This document shows positions 41,123 through 54,834 of a stretch of 64,000 nt of DNA, one piece after another. The stretch is taken from assembly GCF_009914755.1 (NCBI RefSeq), contig NC_060925.1; one strand, written 5' to 3'. The position numbers and the translations under genes were made by a program. The notes beneath the pieces were generated by a model. The model saw nothing but the letters and a program-made list of their open reading frames with translations, did not search any database and was not told the DNA's origin. How positions within the stretch are numbered: the first letter of the stretch is position 1; the number at the start of each line of letters is the position of its first letter. The stretch is from the human T2T-CHM13v2.0 reference genome, Homo sapiens.

Positions 41123-42185
41123 AGAAAATGAAAAAGAAATTATTTGGTGGTTTAAAAGAATTCTGTCTGTCACACATTAGTTTTCTTATAATAATAAATA
41201 ACATTGTGACTTATTACTTATATTGCCCCCAAGACACTACTTACTTAGACTTTGATTTTAGCCTTCAGTCTCTATTCATATTACTAATTATTTGAGATAA
41301 TTATTACCCCACATTTTTTATTTGCTGGTTGAACGTTGACAGTCATATTCTCAGTTTATGGGAAGTATAGTGCATTAAATAAAATTAACACTACATTTCC
41401 TCATATAAAATCAGCAGCAGGCATAAAAAGTTTTCTCTGCCCACCTATTTCAACATACAACAAAGATGCATAGAGAAGACTGTTAATCTTCCTTAGATCA
41501 CTATTTTTCCTATCAAGTAAAACATGATACAGAATGGTTATAAAAGATACTTCACACTTGCATTATACTCTGGGCACTAAAATATGAATCATCTTGTCTC
41601 TATTAATTTCTCTTTCACAATGATACTCCCAATCCTCCACTGGTCTCTTTAGGAAGCTACTCCTGGAGATTATCATGTGAAAAGTAAAGCAGTTATGCTG
41701 TTTAACTGCATTTCAAGCATTTAATTTATTTCACTAAAAATAATAATTTTCAAATAGTTGCCTTAATGTAAAACGAATTAAAAAGTCTTTCCAAGCATAT
41801 TTAATAGAGAGTAACAACTTTACAAAAAGCAATCTTTATTTTATTCCACAATAAGATAATATTGTCATAAAAACTTGAAAAGATATATGATATTCAGAAA
41901 ATTATGTCCATATGGCAAGATGGTTGGTGACTCATGGCCCATAATATCGCTCATTTTGCATGGCTAAGCAGTTAGCCAAATGTGCAAATATAATTAGCCA
42001 CATGCCTCATCTGTGAAAGAGTGTCTTTAAAACGAATCTGGTTCATGGAGAATATCAGGTTCATTAACTCTTTGGGGCCCTCTGGGTGCCATTTAAAAGG
42101 CATTTGTTCTCCCTGACTTAATTCTCTAAATCATACTCTAGTGGCTAGTCTTGGGTATTCATTTACTTGCAGAAAACTAGAGAGC

Positions 42186-42267
42186 GGGGGAAAAAAAAGA
42201 GAAAGAGAAAGAGAGGAAAAGAAGGAAGAAAGGAAAAAAAGGAAGGAAGGAAAGGAGGAAGGAAAGG
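42186..42267. repeat. Purine-rich (GAAG/GAAA)n tract
   Basis: Visible. Confidence 0.85.
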
Positions 42268-43377
42268 TTCCAACTCTCACATTGTATCTCTTTCCACAAT
42301 AAAACATGTTCTCAGTTTGCTATTCCCAGTTTTTGCTAATGAACACCCTTTTTGCATTTTGTTTAGAAACATCTGCACATTATTTGTGACTACATTAATA
42401 AATAACTAAAATGTTTTTGGAATATTTTCTGAATCACCATAATTAAGGTAAAACAGATTGTATGTCTTTTGACAGTATAGGTCTCAGATATCTGTAAAGG
42501 ATTGCTTTCCAACTATTCATTTATTTATTTGAGAAACAAATCCACTTCACTAGGATCTTTGCATTTTTTAGAAAATATATAAAACTCAAACATCAAGCAT
42601 ATGCTATATTATGGGAAAATGTATACTCTAGAGATAGGAAAGCCTCATTGGAGTTATAATTGTCTTTGTCAGATAGTTCTGAATTCTAAGCTGGTTAATG
42701 GTTAAGATAATTTGGAAATATTATATTCATTTTTTATTGATGTTACTTTTTTCTAATTATAAAAAATAAAGTACAGCTCTTTCAAAACTTGGAAAAATTT
42801 GGCACCATATTTTGAAAGATAGTTTTTGTTACTTTTCCAAATATAAAATTGAAAGGTCTATTATTTTAACGTTCTTATAAAATGCAAAAGACATTGCTGA
42901 TTTTTGTTCCGTATATTTAAATATTTTTTTCAGTTTGTCACTTGAATTTTAATTTTGTGATTTCTGGCCTCCAAATGATTTGTTTTTTTTTAAATCTAGT
43001 TTCTATTTATCTAACATTTATTAATATAGTTTCTATAATTAATTTTTTCTTTGTGTCTTATTCTTTTTTAAAAACAATTTTATTACACATCAGTTATCTC
43101 TCTATATCCCAGCACACTTTCTTTCAATGGCAATTTCATTTTGCAGTTTTGATATGTTTATGTTTCCAGATTTTTCCTTTCTAAATTTCATTTTAACCTA
43201 AAAGACTTTCCTGTGAATCTTTGTGGAACACTATTTGGCACAATAGATGAAACATTTCTAAAATGTTTTTACTTTTTGAAATTAGTATTCCATCTGCAAG
43301 CATTCTATTTCATGAAGTCAACGCTCCAACTTAGTTTCAGCAGAATGTCAAACTGAACAAAGTAAATAATAAACCCA

Positions 43378-44015
<638 letters not shown>

Positions 44016-44018
<3 letters not shown>

Positions 44019-44770
44019 CACTGTCCATCAGAGAAATGCAAATCAAAACCACAATGAGATACCATCTCACACCAGTTAGAATGAAGATCATTAAAAAGTC
44101 AGGAAACAACAGGTGCTGGAGAGGATGTGGAGAAATAGGAACACTTTTACACTGTTGATGGGATTGTAAACTAGTTCAACCATTGTGGAAGTCAGTGTGG
44201 CGATTCCTCAGGGATCTAGAACTAGAAATATCATTTGACCCAGCCATCCCATTACTGGGTATATACCCAAAGGATTATAAATCATGCTGCTATAAAGACA
44301 CATGCACACATATGTTTATTGCGGCACTATTCACAATAGCAAAGACTTGGAACCAAGCCAAATGCCCAACAATGATAGACTGGATTAAGAAAATGTGGCA
44401 CATATACACCATGGAATACTATGCAGCCATAAAAAATGATGAGTTCATGTCCTTTGTAGGGACATGGATGAAGCTGGAAACAATCATTCTCAGCAAACTA
44501 TCTCAAGGACAAAAAAACAAGCACCGCATGTTCTCGCTCATAGGTGGGAATTGAAGAATGAGAACACATGGACACAGGAAGGGCAACATCACACACTGGG
44601 GCCTGTTGTGGGGTGGTGGGAGGGGGGATGGATAGCATTAGGAGATATACCTAATGTTAAATAATGGGTTAATGGGTGAAGCACACAAAACATGGCACAT
44701 TTATACATATGTAACTAACCTGCACGTTGTGTACATGTACCCTAAAACTTAAAGCATAATAAAATAAATA
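44016..44770 (+). mobile_element. 3' segment of the same L1PA3/4-like element
   Basis: ORF2 C-terminus (ORF 44183-44554 ending SLIGGN*), 3'UTR, A-tail; TSD AATAAACCCA at 43368-43377 and 44771-44780. Confidence 0.97.
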
Positions 44771-45339
44771 AATAAACCCAAGCACAGAAAGTGAAGTGAA
44801 AAGTTTGATTACTCTAAGAAATGTTAAGGATTGATTGTAATCTTTCTTATAGAACCTTGAAGGAAGTGACATTGTTTGATTCATAAGAAAATAATTTATC
44901 ATGGCTCTTCACCATCATTTTCAAAGTTTAATTCATTACATTCACTCCACAGGATCCCTTTTCTTTTCTGCTCCCACCAACTTTACTTAAAAAAATTAAT
45001 TTTCACCCCTCCTTCCATCTTCCTGAATAAATATACATATATATAGAGAGAGAGATTATCTTGTCATCTTTCAATTTTTAAATTTTTTTCATTACACATT
45101 AAACAGCATAACAAAATCTCAGAAACAGAGAAAAAAACTATTTTATGATTAAAAAACAAGTTGTGAAAATTGATATTTTTATACTTTTTCTCCAAAATGT
45201 ATATATTGATATATTATAATCGTATGTTTATTTCTACATCTCTATATTTTTGCTTTCCAAAATAAATAATTATTAAAATGATTGTTTCTTGGGAAAGAAA
45301 TTACTGATAACAAAATAACATTAACAATAATAACAGCAA

Positions 45340-45500
45340 TAATAATATTTTACATGATAGACCTGACCCTGTATGCCACATATGCTACTTTATCATAAGT
45401 GTTGTATGACTTTACAGATGTAGAAACTGAGGCTTATATAAGTTAAACAACTTGACCAGGGAAGAGATGCAATTACAATGTAAGCAGAGGCAGTATGTTG
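45340..45500 (-). mobile_element. MIR fragment
   Basis: TTTACAGATGTAGAAACTGAGGCTTA..AAGTTAAACAACTTG. Confidence 0.65.
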
Positions 45501-45616
45501 CCTAAATAATTATTGCTAATCTTATACCCTTTCAGTATATATGCTACATTTCTTAATTTTCTACAAAGGATAATATTTTCATAATATCTGTCTATTCCAA
45601 TTTGTATACAGAAGGA

Positions 45617-45838
45617 TTTCTTAAGAGATATTTATTGTAAAGATTCACAGAAAGATAAGGGAAATAGGAATAAGTTTCCATAGCTACACAATCATAATCA
45701 AACATAGTGTTCAGAATAAACATTAACCTTATTGACCAAAAATAATTTGTGCTTGAGTATGATTGTGTAGCTATGAAAACTTATTCCTATTTCCGTTACC
45801 TCTCCATTAATTTTTACAATAAATACATCTTAATGAAA
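45617..45838. repeat. Inverted repeat: ~90-bp arms (45617-45706, 45748-45838), 41-bp spacer
   Basis: Arms ~85% complementary; core GGAAATAGGAATAAGTTT(C/T)CATAGCTACACAATCATA matches 36/37. Confidence 0.95.
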
Positions 45839-45840
45839 GG

Positions 45841-47321
45841 GGAACCAAAAAAGAGCCCAAGTAGCTAAGAAAACCTAAGCGAAAAGAACAAAACTGGAGT
45901 CATCACACTACCCAACTTCAAACTATACTACAGGGCTACAGTAACCAAAACAGCATGGTACTGGTTCAAGAATAGACACATAGACCAGTGGAACAGAATA
46001 GAGAGCCTAGAAATAAGACTTCACATTTACAGCCATCTGATCTTTGACAGATCTGACAAAAACAAGCAGTAAGAAAATGATTCCCTATTTAATAAATGGT
46101 GCTGGGATAACCTGCTAGCCATATACAGAAAATTGAAACAGGACTCCTTCTTTGCACCATATACAAAAATTAACTCGAGATGGATTAAAGACTTAAATGT
46201 AAAACCCAAAAGTATAAAAACTCTGGAAAACAACCTAGGCAATACCTTTCAGGACCTAGGCACAGGCAAGATTTCATGACAAAGATGCCAATAGCAATCG
46301 CAACAGAACAAAAAATTTACAAATAGGATATAATGAAACTAAAGAGCTTCTGCACAGCAAAAGAAACTATCAACAGAGTAAACACATAAGCTAGAGAATG
46401 GGAGAAAATTTTTGCAATATCTCCATGTGACAAAGGTCTAATATCCAGCATCTATATGGAACTTAAACAAATTTACAAGAAAAAAACTAACAACACCATT
46501 AATAAACTGTCAAAGGGTAGGAACAGAGATTTCTCAAAAGAAGACATACATGTGGCCAACAAACATATGAAAAAAAGCTCAGCATCACTGATCATTAGGG
46601 AAATGCCAATCAAAACCACAATGAGATACCATCTCACACCAATCAGAATGGCTATTATTAAAAAGTAAAAAAAAAATCAGATGCCGGCAAGGTTGTGGAG
46701 AAAAAGGAACACGTTTAAACTGCTGGTGAGAATGTAAATTAGTTCAACCATTATGGAAGACAGTGTGATGATTCCTCAAAGACCTAGAGGCAGAAATACC
46801 ATTCAACCCAGCAACCCCATTAATAGGTACATACCCAAAGGAATATAAATTGTCCTATTATAAAGATATATGCATGTATATGTCCATTGCAGCATTATTT
46901 ATGACAGCAAAGACATGGAATCAACTTAAATGCCCATCAATGAGATAGACTGCATAAATGTGATACATTATACACCATGGAATACTATGTAGCCACAAAA
47001 AGGAACGGATGGTGCGGGAGGCCATTATCCTTAGAAAACTAATGCAGAAACAGAAAAATCTAATAGTATGTCTTCTCACTTATAAATAGCAGCTAAATGA
47101 TGAGAACACATGTACACATGTAGGGGAACAACATACACTGGGTCCTCTTGGAGGGTGTGGGTTGGAAGTGGGGAGCAGATCAGGAAAAAATAGCTAATGG
47201 ATGCTGTACTTAATACCTGGTTGATGGGATGATCTGTGCAGCAAACCACCATGGCACGTTTACCTATGTAACAAACCTGCACATACTTCACGTGTCCCCC
47301 TGTATTTAAAAGTTGGAAATA
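45841..47321 (+). mobile_element. 5'-truncated L1 (older L1PA, ~L1PA13-15-like)
   Basis: Starts GGAACCAAAAAAGAGCCC; ORF 46456-46668 is L1 ORF2 ([15 protein letters not shown]); 3'UTR GCAAACCACCATGGCACGTTTACCTATGTAACAAACCTGCAC. Confidence 0.96.
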
Positions 47322-48243
47322 AAAAACAATTAATTATAAGTCCTACGGTTTGAAACTGCTGCATGTACTAACAATGCCACCACACTGATTGGATTTTTTT
47401 CTATATTTTTTTCTGCATCTGATTTTCTTTAACTGATAATTGACTTGCATTAAATTTTTCAAGTGATGATATGGCTGGGTTAATCCTCCACTAAATAGAT
47501 CACCTCCCCTCTATCATATAGATTGATACTTTGTGGTCTGGCATTACTCACTGAAAAAAATAGTTGATAATAATATTAGACTTATATAAAACAACATAAT
47601 ATGACAGTGAATATATTTTGTCAATTTTTATTAGAAGAGAAAAAAAGAAGAAGAAGAAACTATGCACATAACATTAATAAAGGTACATAAAGTTTTGTAC
47701 ATGCAATCAGGAAATAAAGTAAGATCAAACAATGAGCTAGATCAAAAATTCTAGCAAAAACAGTACATGTAGCTCTGAGTCCTTCAATCCTGTTTACCGT
47801 ATTTTACTGTCAAATCTCCCTTTCATATAGCATAATCCTTAGGGCTAAATAGTTACTTTTTGAACTAATGAACATAGAGGCAGTGGAGAAAAGGTATAAT
47901 GAGAAGTAATTAACAATATTTGTCAACTTATTGGAAGTGGAGGAGAGGATTCAGAATTGGACATTTTAAACTTGATGCCTTACAAGTTTAGATTCAAGAG
48001 AACAGAGCAGGCAACAAGAATAAATACATGGAAGTGTCCATAGGAAATCTGGAATATGTCTGTTTCATTCTTCTTCCACATGCCCATCAAAATCAAAACC
48101 TCTCTGATAAATTAACATTTATTTGTGCCAATTCCAATGTGACACATCATTTTCTATATTTTAAAGCATTATAATAATTAGATTTATGCTTATGTCTTAT
48201 CTTCTTAGTATGTTTCTAAGTTCAAGTATGTTTTGCTACATAC

Positions 48244-49027
48244 TGTGGTTCTTTTCCTGGTGGTGTGACCCAAACCTTCATTCCGGAAGTGTCTGGGCCA
48301 TTTGTAGTCCTGACTTCACTGGGCTGTTGTAGTTTCCCATTGACTTTAATCACAGGGCATGGTAGTATTAAGCGATGACCTGATGAATCTCCCGTGTTCC
48401 ATGCTTACGCTTCCTTATTCTATTGTGGAGTAGTAGACTGATTTCATCTTGATAGTCCAGGTCAGTCACCCCAGCCAACAATATGACTTTCTTCTTAGCA
48501 TGTGGACCTAAAGGTAGGAGGAGTCCAAAGTGTCCAGGTGGCAATCTTAACTTCCACTTTAATGGAATCATTGTTGCCTCTCCTGGTGGCAGCATTCCTC
48601 CCTCTGGAACTAAGACCTCTAGGCCAGCAGAACTTAATGTCGTGGGAACAGGAAGCAAAAACTTTGCTAGTGGATCACTAGGGGTGATGCTAAGTGGTGC
48701 CACTTCCACTTCCATCTCTTGATTCCTGGACCTGTGAATCCTGGCTATGGGAGAAACCGTACCATATATTGGATGCTGATTTAGAGCATATGCGGCCATC
48801 TGAAGAACTTAGCCCCAGCCAGGCAAAGTATTGTCACCTAGTTGGCATTGTAATTTTGACTTCAAAAGGCCATTCCACTCTTCTATCAGTCCAGCTGCTT
48901 CAGGATGATGGACAATATGGTAAGACCAGTGAAGTCCATAAGCATGAGTGTGCTGCCACAATTCTTTATCTGTAAAGTGAGTGTCATGGTCAGAGGCAAT
49001 GCTTCATGGAATACCATGAAGTGGTAG
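48244..49027 (-). pseudogene. HERV-L integrase core/C-terminus plus dUTPase-like domain, disrupted
   Basis: HGIP..IASD integrase motif; ORF 48368-48799 contains SAGLEVLVPEGGMLPPG..IPLKWKLRLPPGHFGLL..GVTDLDYQDEI. Confidence 0.85.
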
Positions 49028-50260
49028 GAATGTGTTGCCTCCAAAATCCAAAGAGGCACACTAAGCATTTTTCTTTCTGGGTTGTAAGAGGAGCCAAGTG
49101 CAGTAACTTATCCTTCACCTTAGAAGGAATGACTCCACAGGCCCCACACCACTGTACTCCTAGACATTTTACTCAAGTGGAAGGTCCCTGAATTTTAGTT
49201 GGAATTATTTCCCATCCTCTGGCACACAAATGTCTCACCAATGAGTTCACTGTGTTTGCTACTTCTCCTTCACTGGATCCAATCAGCATAATGTAATCAA
49301 TGTAATGGACAAGTGTGATATCTCATGGAAGTGAAAAGCAATCAAGTTATCTTCCAAAAAGATTATGACACAAAGCTTGAGACTTGATATACTCCTGAGG
49401 TAGGACGGCAAAGGTATATTGCTGGCCTTTCCAGCTGAAGGTATATTGCTTCTGTGGGCCGCATGAACAGGAATGGAGAAAAAAAGGCATTTGCCAAGTC
49501 AATGGCTGCATACCAGGTACCAGAAGATGTGTTAATTTGCTCAAGCAATGAAACTACATCTGCTACACTAGCTGCAATTCAAGTACCCACTAGGTTAAGC
49601 TTACAATAATCCACCATCATTCTTGAAGATCCATCTGTCTTTTGTACAGGCCAAATAGGAGAGTCAAACGGGGATGTGGTGGCAATCACCACCCCTGTGT
49701 CTTTCGAGTCCTTGATGGTGACACCATCAATCCCTCCAGGGATATGGTATTGCTTTTGAAGTACGATTTTTCTAGGTAGAGGCAGCTCTAATGGCTTCCA
49801 TTTGGCCTTTCCCACCATAATAGTGCTCACTCTACCAGTCAGGGAGCCAGTGTGGTGGTTCTGCCAGCTGCTAATTACATCTATGCCAATTATGCATTCT
49901 GGCATTGAAGAATTAACCACAGGATAAGACTTGGGACGCACTGGACCCACTGTAAGTCAGACCTGAGCTAAAGCTCCATTAATTACTTGACCTCCATAAG
50001 CCCCTACTTTAACTGGAGGACCACTATGCAATTTGGGTCCCCTGGAATCAATGTCAGCTGAGGGCCAGTGTCCAGTAGTCCCCCAATTGCCTGATCATTT
50101 CCCTTCCCCTAGTGCACAGTTACCCTGGTAAAAGGCCAGAAGTCTCCTTGCAGGGGGGATGGGAGAAAGATTAACAGCATAAATTGTCACTAGAGTAGTG
50201 AGATCCTTCCTCAACGGGACTTGGCCTTCCCTTCATTCTAGTGTCTCTAGGTCTGTAAAC
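49028..50260 (-). pseudogene. HERV-L protease / reverse transcriptase, disrupted
   Basis: LDTG protease motif; RT motifs in ORFs 49347-49950; catalytic YIDD reads YIDY near 49295. Confidence 0.88.
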
Positions 50261-50289
50261 AGGCTCAACTCTGGAAATTGATTGAGGGA

Positions 50290-51930
50290 TTGTGATTCTC
50301 TGTTTTCTATTTCAAATTAGTCTTTTGTCCATTCAACTTGGAAGTTTTCTGCTTATATAAATTAAGTAGGAATGCAGTAGGCTTCCTATCAATTTCATTT
50401 CCAGGAACACCATGATTAATTAGCCAATTCCAGAGCTCTACAAGAGTCAGACTATTCTGAATGTTGCTTTGCCTCTGCTGTCCATTTCGGTAGCTATGTC
50501 CAGCTTGCCTTTGATGGTTGAGTTCCACCACTTAGCCCCTGCAACTTAGGGATTCAATTATTCCCATTATATTCAAATTTTGTAGTTGAGTGACTGCAGT
50601 TGCCACTGTTAGATCTGACATACAGAGAAGAACAATTATAACGTTCTTCAAAGATGGAGGTGCCACCCTCACAAATCTATTTTGCAAAGCACTGGTCAAG
50701 GGTGTATCTTCTGGACCATCCCAGATGGGATGAATAGGTCTAAAGTGACTAATCCTCTCCACCATCCCAATCTCCCTAAGCCTTTTGGATCCCTTCCTCT
50801 ACACTAAACCAAGAGAGATCAGGCATTTCCAGCTTGCTCACAGTGGACCATCTCTTAATTAACATTTCAGCTAACCAAACAAATAAACTATTAGAACCTT
50901 TTTTAACTCCTTGAGCTGCAACATTAAATGCAGAATCCCTACTTAGTGGCCCCAAATCAATAAATTCAGCCTGATCCAAATATATGTTCCTTGCACCATT
51001 ATCCTACACCCTTAATATCCATCCCCATGCCTATTCTCCAGATTTCTGCTCATGTAAATTAGAAAAATCAAGCAGTTATTTTTAAGTGTAGCATACTTGC
51101 TCATGGGTCACACTCTGAACCTCACCTCTAGGGGCTCATCGGGACTTTAGTATAGTTATAGGTCTAGAAGCAATCAGGTGTGTTTGGGGTGGCTCCTGGG
51201 GAGAATCAACATTATCTTACCTGGAAGCTGCCTCAAGGGAGGCTATCACTGTTGCCTCAGGCAGCACAGGATTTACCAACTCATGCAAAGGTGGAAAGGC
51301 TGATGGCAGCATGGGTCAGGGAGGGGATGTTGCCACTATTGGGGATAGGGAAGCTGTTGCTTCTGGCAAAAAAGTTTCCTCAGAGTTTACAAGCTCAGTG
51401 TCCCCAGCTTCATCAGGGTCCTTCCACACATCCCCATTCCAAGTTTCAGGGTCCCATTCTTTTCCAATCAATGCCCTCACTTTAACAGAAGACGAGGCTG
51501 GTGCATGCATCTTTCATTGCAGGTCAGCCACTTGCATGATAAGAACTCACATCTGTTTTTCCACATTTTCAGCTCTTTCTTTACAGGAGATAAGACTCTC
51601 ACTCAGGGCAATCTTAGCAGATTTAAGCTCAGTATCTGCTTCTGAAGCCGGGAGTTAGAATCCCTAAGTTCATCATTTTCTTTCATCACTTTTTCCAGTG
51701 AACTTAGGAGCAACCAACCAACTTCATTATGTTCTTTGGTTCTCCATATATAGTCAGAGGTATTATGTATAAACTCACTAAACTCTTTGCCTTTCATAGG
51801 CAGTGAATCAGAAGTGTCAAATGCATTTATTTTGCGTAACTCTTTAAACAGTCACACAAAGGACTACCAGTGTTCTCCATACTATTAGACATAGAATCCT
51901 TAGCATTTTGGGTCTATTCACATTAAGCAG
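50290..51930 (-). pseudogene. HERV-L gag, frameshifted
   Basis: ORFs 50307-50979, 51316-51510 (KVRALIGKEWDPETWNGDVW) and 51603-51797 are gag pieces. Confidence 0.85.
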
Positions 51931-52015
51931 CCAACTCCAGAAACCCCAAAACCAATGAAAGACCTTCATCCTTAATATTATGTTCCTCCAGAACAACTCC
52001 TAGTAAAAAAAAATC

Positions 52016-52469
52016 TGTATTAGTTAGGGTTCTTTAGAGGGATAAAACTAATAGGATGTATATATGTATGTATATATAGGGGAGTTTATTAAATAGTATT
52101 TTCTCACAGGATCCCAAGGTCTGATAACAGGTCATCTGCAAGGTGAGGAGCAGGGAAGCCAGTCCAAGTCCCAAAGCTGAAGAAGTTGGGGTCCATTGTT
52201 CAAGGGCAGGAAGCATCCAGCATGGAAGAAATATGTAGGCTGGGAGGTTAAGCCAGTCTAGACTTTTTACGTTGTTCTGACTGCTTTATATTCTGGTCAT
52301 GCTGGCAGCTAATTAGATGGTGCCCACCCAGATTAAGGGTGGGTCTGCCTTTCCCAGTCCACTGGCTCAAATGTTAAACTCCTTTGGCAACACCCTCACA
52401 GACAAACTCAGGATAAATACTTTGCATGATTCAATCCAATTAAGTTGACACTCAGTATTAACCATCACA
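52016..52469 (-). mobile_element. MLT2A (HERV-L) 5' LTR
   Basis: TGTATTAGTTAGGGTTCT...AAGTTGACACTCAGTATTAACCATCACA, directly joined to the HERV-L internal region. Confidence 0.95.
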
Positions 52470-53000
52470 ATACACAATGAAGTATGACTGAGGCATAAAT
52501 AATAATGAAATCCTACAATTTGAAACAACATTAAAGACCTGCAAGACATATGTTAAGTGAAGTAAGACAGTCACAGAGAGACAAATAGTGCATAATTTTG
52601 CTCCTATGTTGAATCTCAAAAAAAGTAGAAATAAAATTGTTGATATTGTAGAAGCAAAGAGTAGAACGATAGTTACCTGAAACCGGGAGCAAAGAGGAGA
52701 CGGAGGGTTGGAAAAACATTGGTCAAAAGGTAAAAAGTGACTAAGGAGGGATAAATTATTGTGTTCTACTGAACAGCAGGGTGACAGATGGTTATTAGCA
52801 AGGTATTGTATATTACAAAATAACTAGAAAAAAAGACTTTTGAATGTTTTTACCACAAATAAATGATAAATGTGTGAGGTGATGGATACATTATATAACT
52901 GATTTTATAATTGCCCAATGTAGATATGTATTGAAACATCAAATTAGACTTCATAAAAATGTACAATTACAGTATGTCAATCGAAATAATAATTAAAAAA
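52470..53000 (+). mobile_element. L1MA 3' end
   Basis: ATGTTAAGTGAAGTAAGACAGTCACAGAGAGACAAAT, AAATGATAAATGTGTGAGGTGATGGATA, A-rich end. Confidence 0.88.
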
Positions 53001-53507
53001 TATAACGTGTGTGCATTGGGGGGGGGGTGTATGTGTCTGAGCACTGGCCCACTTCCTATTTTATTTTGCTATTTTGATTGTTTTGTTTTATTTTAGGCAA
53101 TTGTTTTTGTGACTTTGATACGATAGAGTCCTTGAGTTCCTGTGTTGCCCCATACATAAGTATGGCAGACTATGAAACATCAATTTATCTTCAGACATTA
53201 ACCATCTCATCATATTTTAACTCTACTGATCATTTTATTACTATCAGATGAAAAAGTTTATTACTAAAAAAAATTTTTGATTCCTTCCAAAACTAATGCC
53301 TAAATAACATTTGTAATGGTTATATTATCTTCAAGCAATACTAAATATGCAGATTTAATTGCTTGTTCATTTCTGGTTTTATCTCTATTTTTTGGCACTT
53401 AAAAATGTTTTTAAAAGATATGCAACTGCAGTTCTGAAGAGGGAAAATTAGTACTTTTAAACCTCAAAATCTTTTCATCTAATTGTCCCAATGGCTACAA
53501 TATAGAC

Positions 53508-53526
53508 CACATACACACACACACAT

Positions 53527-53568
<42 letters not shown>

Positions 53569-53569
53569 A
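53508..53569. repeat. (CA)n microsatellite
   Basis: Visible. Confidence 0.95.
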
Positions 53570-54717
53570 TCAGTTTCTGGAGCTTATCAGTTTACTGGAT
53601 GAACATTTTCATTTTAATTTTATGCCACTTAATGAACATTTTAGAGTGATGGCATAAAATAAACAGAATATGAACATTTTCAAAACTCTTTTGCTCTGTT
53701 AAGTTTATAGTTATTTTAATAGTCTGTTCAAAATTCAAAGACATATTTTCTTTAAATGAAAATCCCAACACAATACTTCAAGGAGCATATTAGGAGAAGT
53801 ATGTAGAGGGGAAGAAAGCCCTTTGTTACAGGACTATTGAGGATTGTTTTCCATATAAAATTTATGGTGAAATGAAATGAAAAATATTCCTTTATGATCA
53901 ATGGGATCATTACATTTTAAGATAGCAAGCAGTATAAGTTAGATGAGGTTGTTCTTATTTTTTCCATGTGGCAGATTTGATCAGTGTATTAAATGCAGCA
54001 CTGAGTTGATTCTGGGGCTTACTTTAAGCAGCTAAGTCTAGAGAGTTGGCTGGTTGGAGATATTTTTAATAACATAACAGGAGATAGTCTTTGAATAATC
54101 CATCATAGCTCACTTTTATGTATTTCCTTTCCATGTTTTTTCTCTGTATCATCTGGGCAAATAAATAATAAATCAGCTTTGTGTCCTTTTGTCTTCTTTT
54201 TTCTTTATTTTTTCCCTCCCTCCTTTCCTTCCTTATAATTTGTTATACTAACCCTTTATTTTTATAATCATAGGCACATTTTAGGTCCAGATTCTGACTG
54301 TTTCTTCACTTTACTAATTTTAGGATTAAAGCATATAAAAGTATTCATGGGACTGAAAAATTGTTTAATCCTAATGTCAATATATAAACATGGAAAAGTC
54401 TCGAGGTGTTACATGAATCTGACAGTGGCAGTTAAGAAGTAGGTCTCTGGTTTCCCGATGCTGTTTTTATTTTATTTTATTTTATTGATGTAAGCCATGT
54501 TATTTCTTATCAATATCTTTTATATTTTTCATATCTGTATATTCTTTATAATGACAATTTAAATTACTATGGTTATAAATTACTACTAGTGTTAATACTT
54601 CCTGGAACAGTAAAAAGAAGTAGAAAAGATATGTGACATACAAATGAATTGAAAATAACTTAAATTACAGAATATTTTTAAAGCCATATATTTATCATTC
54701 TAGTGTTGCACAAACAC

Positions 54718-54775
54718 GAAATCTATGTAAACAATAGGATTAGCATGAAAACTATGTAAACAACAAGATTAGCAT
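54718..54775. repeat. 29-bp tandem duplication (2 copies, 3 mismatches)
   Basis: GAAATCTATGTAAACAATAGGATTAGCAT / GAAAACTATGTAAACAACAAGATTAGCAT. Confidence 0.9.
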
Positions 54776-54834
54776 ATTTGCCCTAGATCATTTTTCCCTT
54801 TTGTAATGACTGACCAGTGATGAGTGTCTTGGCA

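Larger units (their letters stand above)
48244..52015 (-). mobile_element. HERV-L internal region (gag-pro-pol-dUTPase), internally deleted, 3' LTR missing
   Basis: Minus-strand ORF fragments match ERV-L gag (DQAEFIDLGPLSRDSAFN), protease (GLLDTG ~50070), RT ([24 protein letters not shown]) and dUTPase. Confidence 0.95.
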
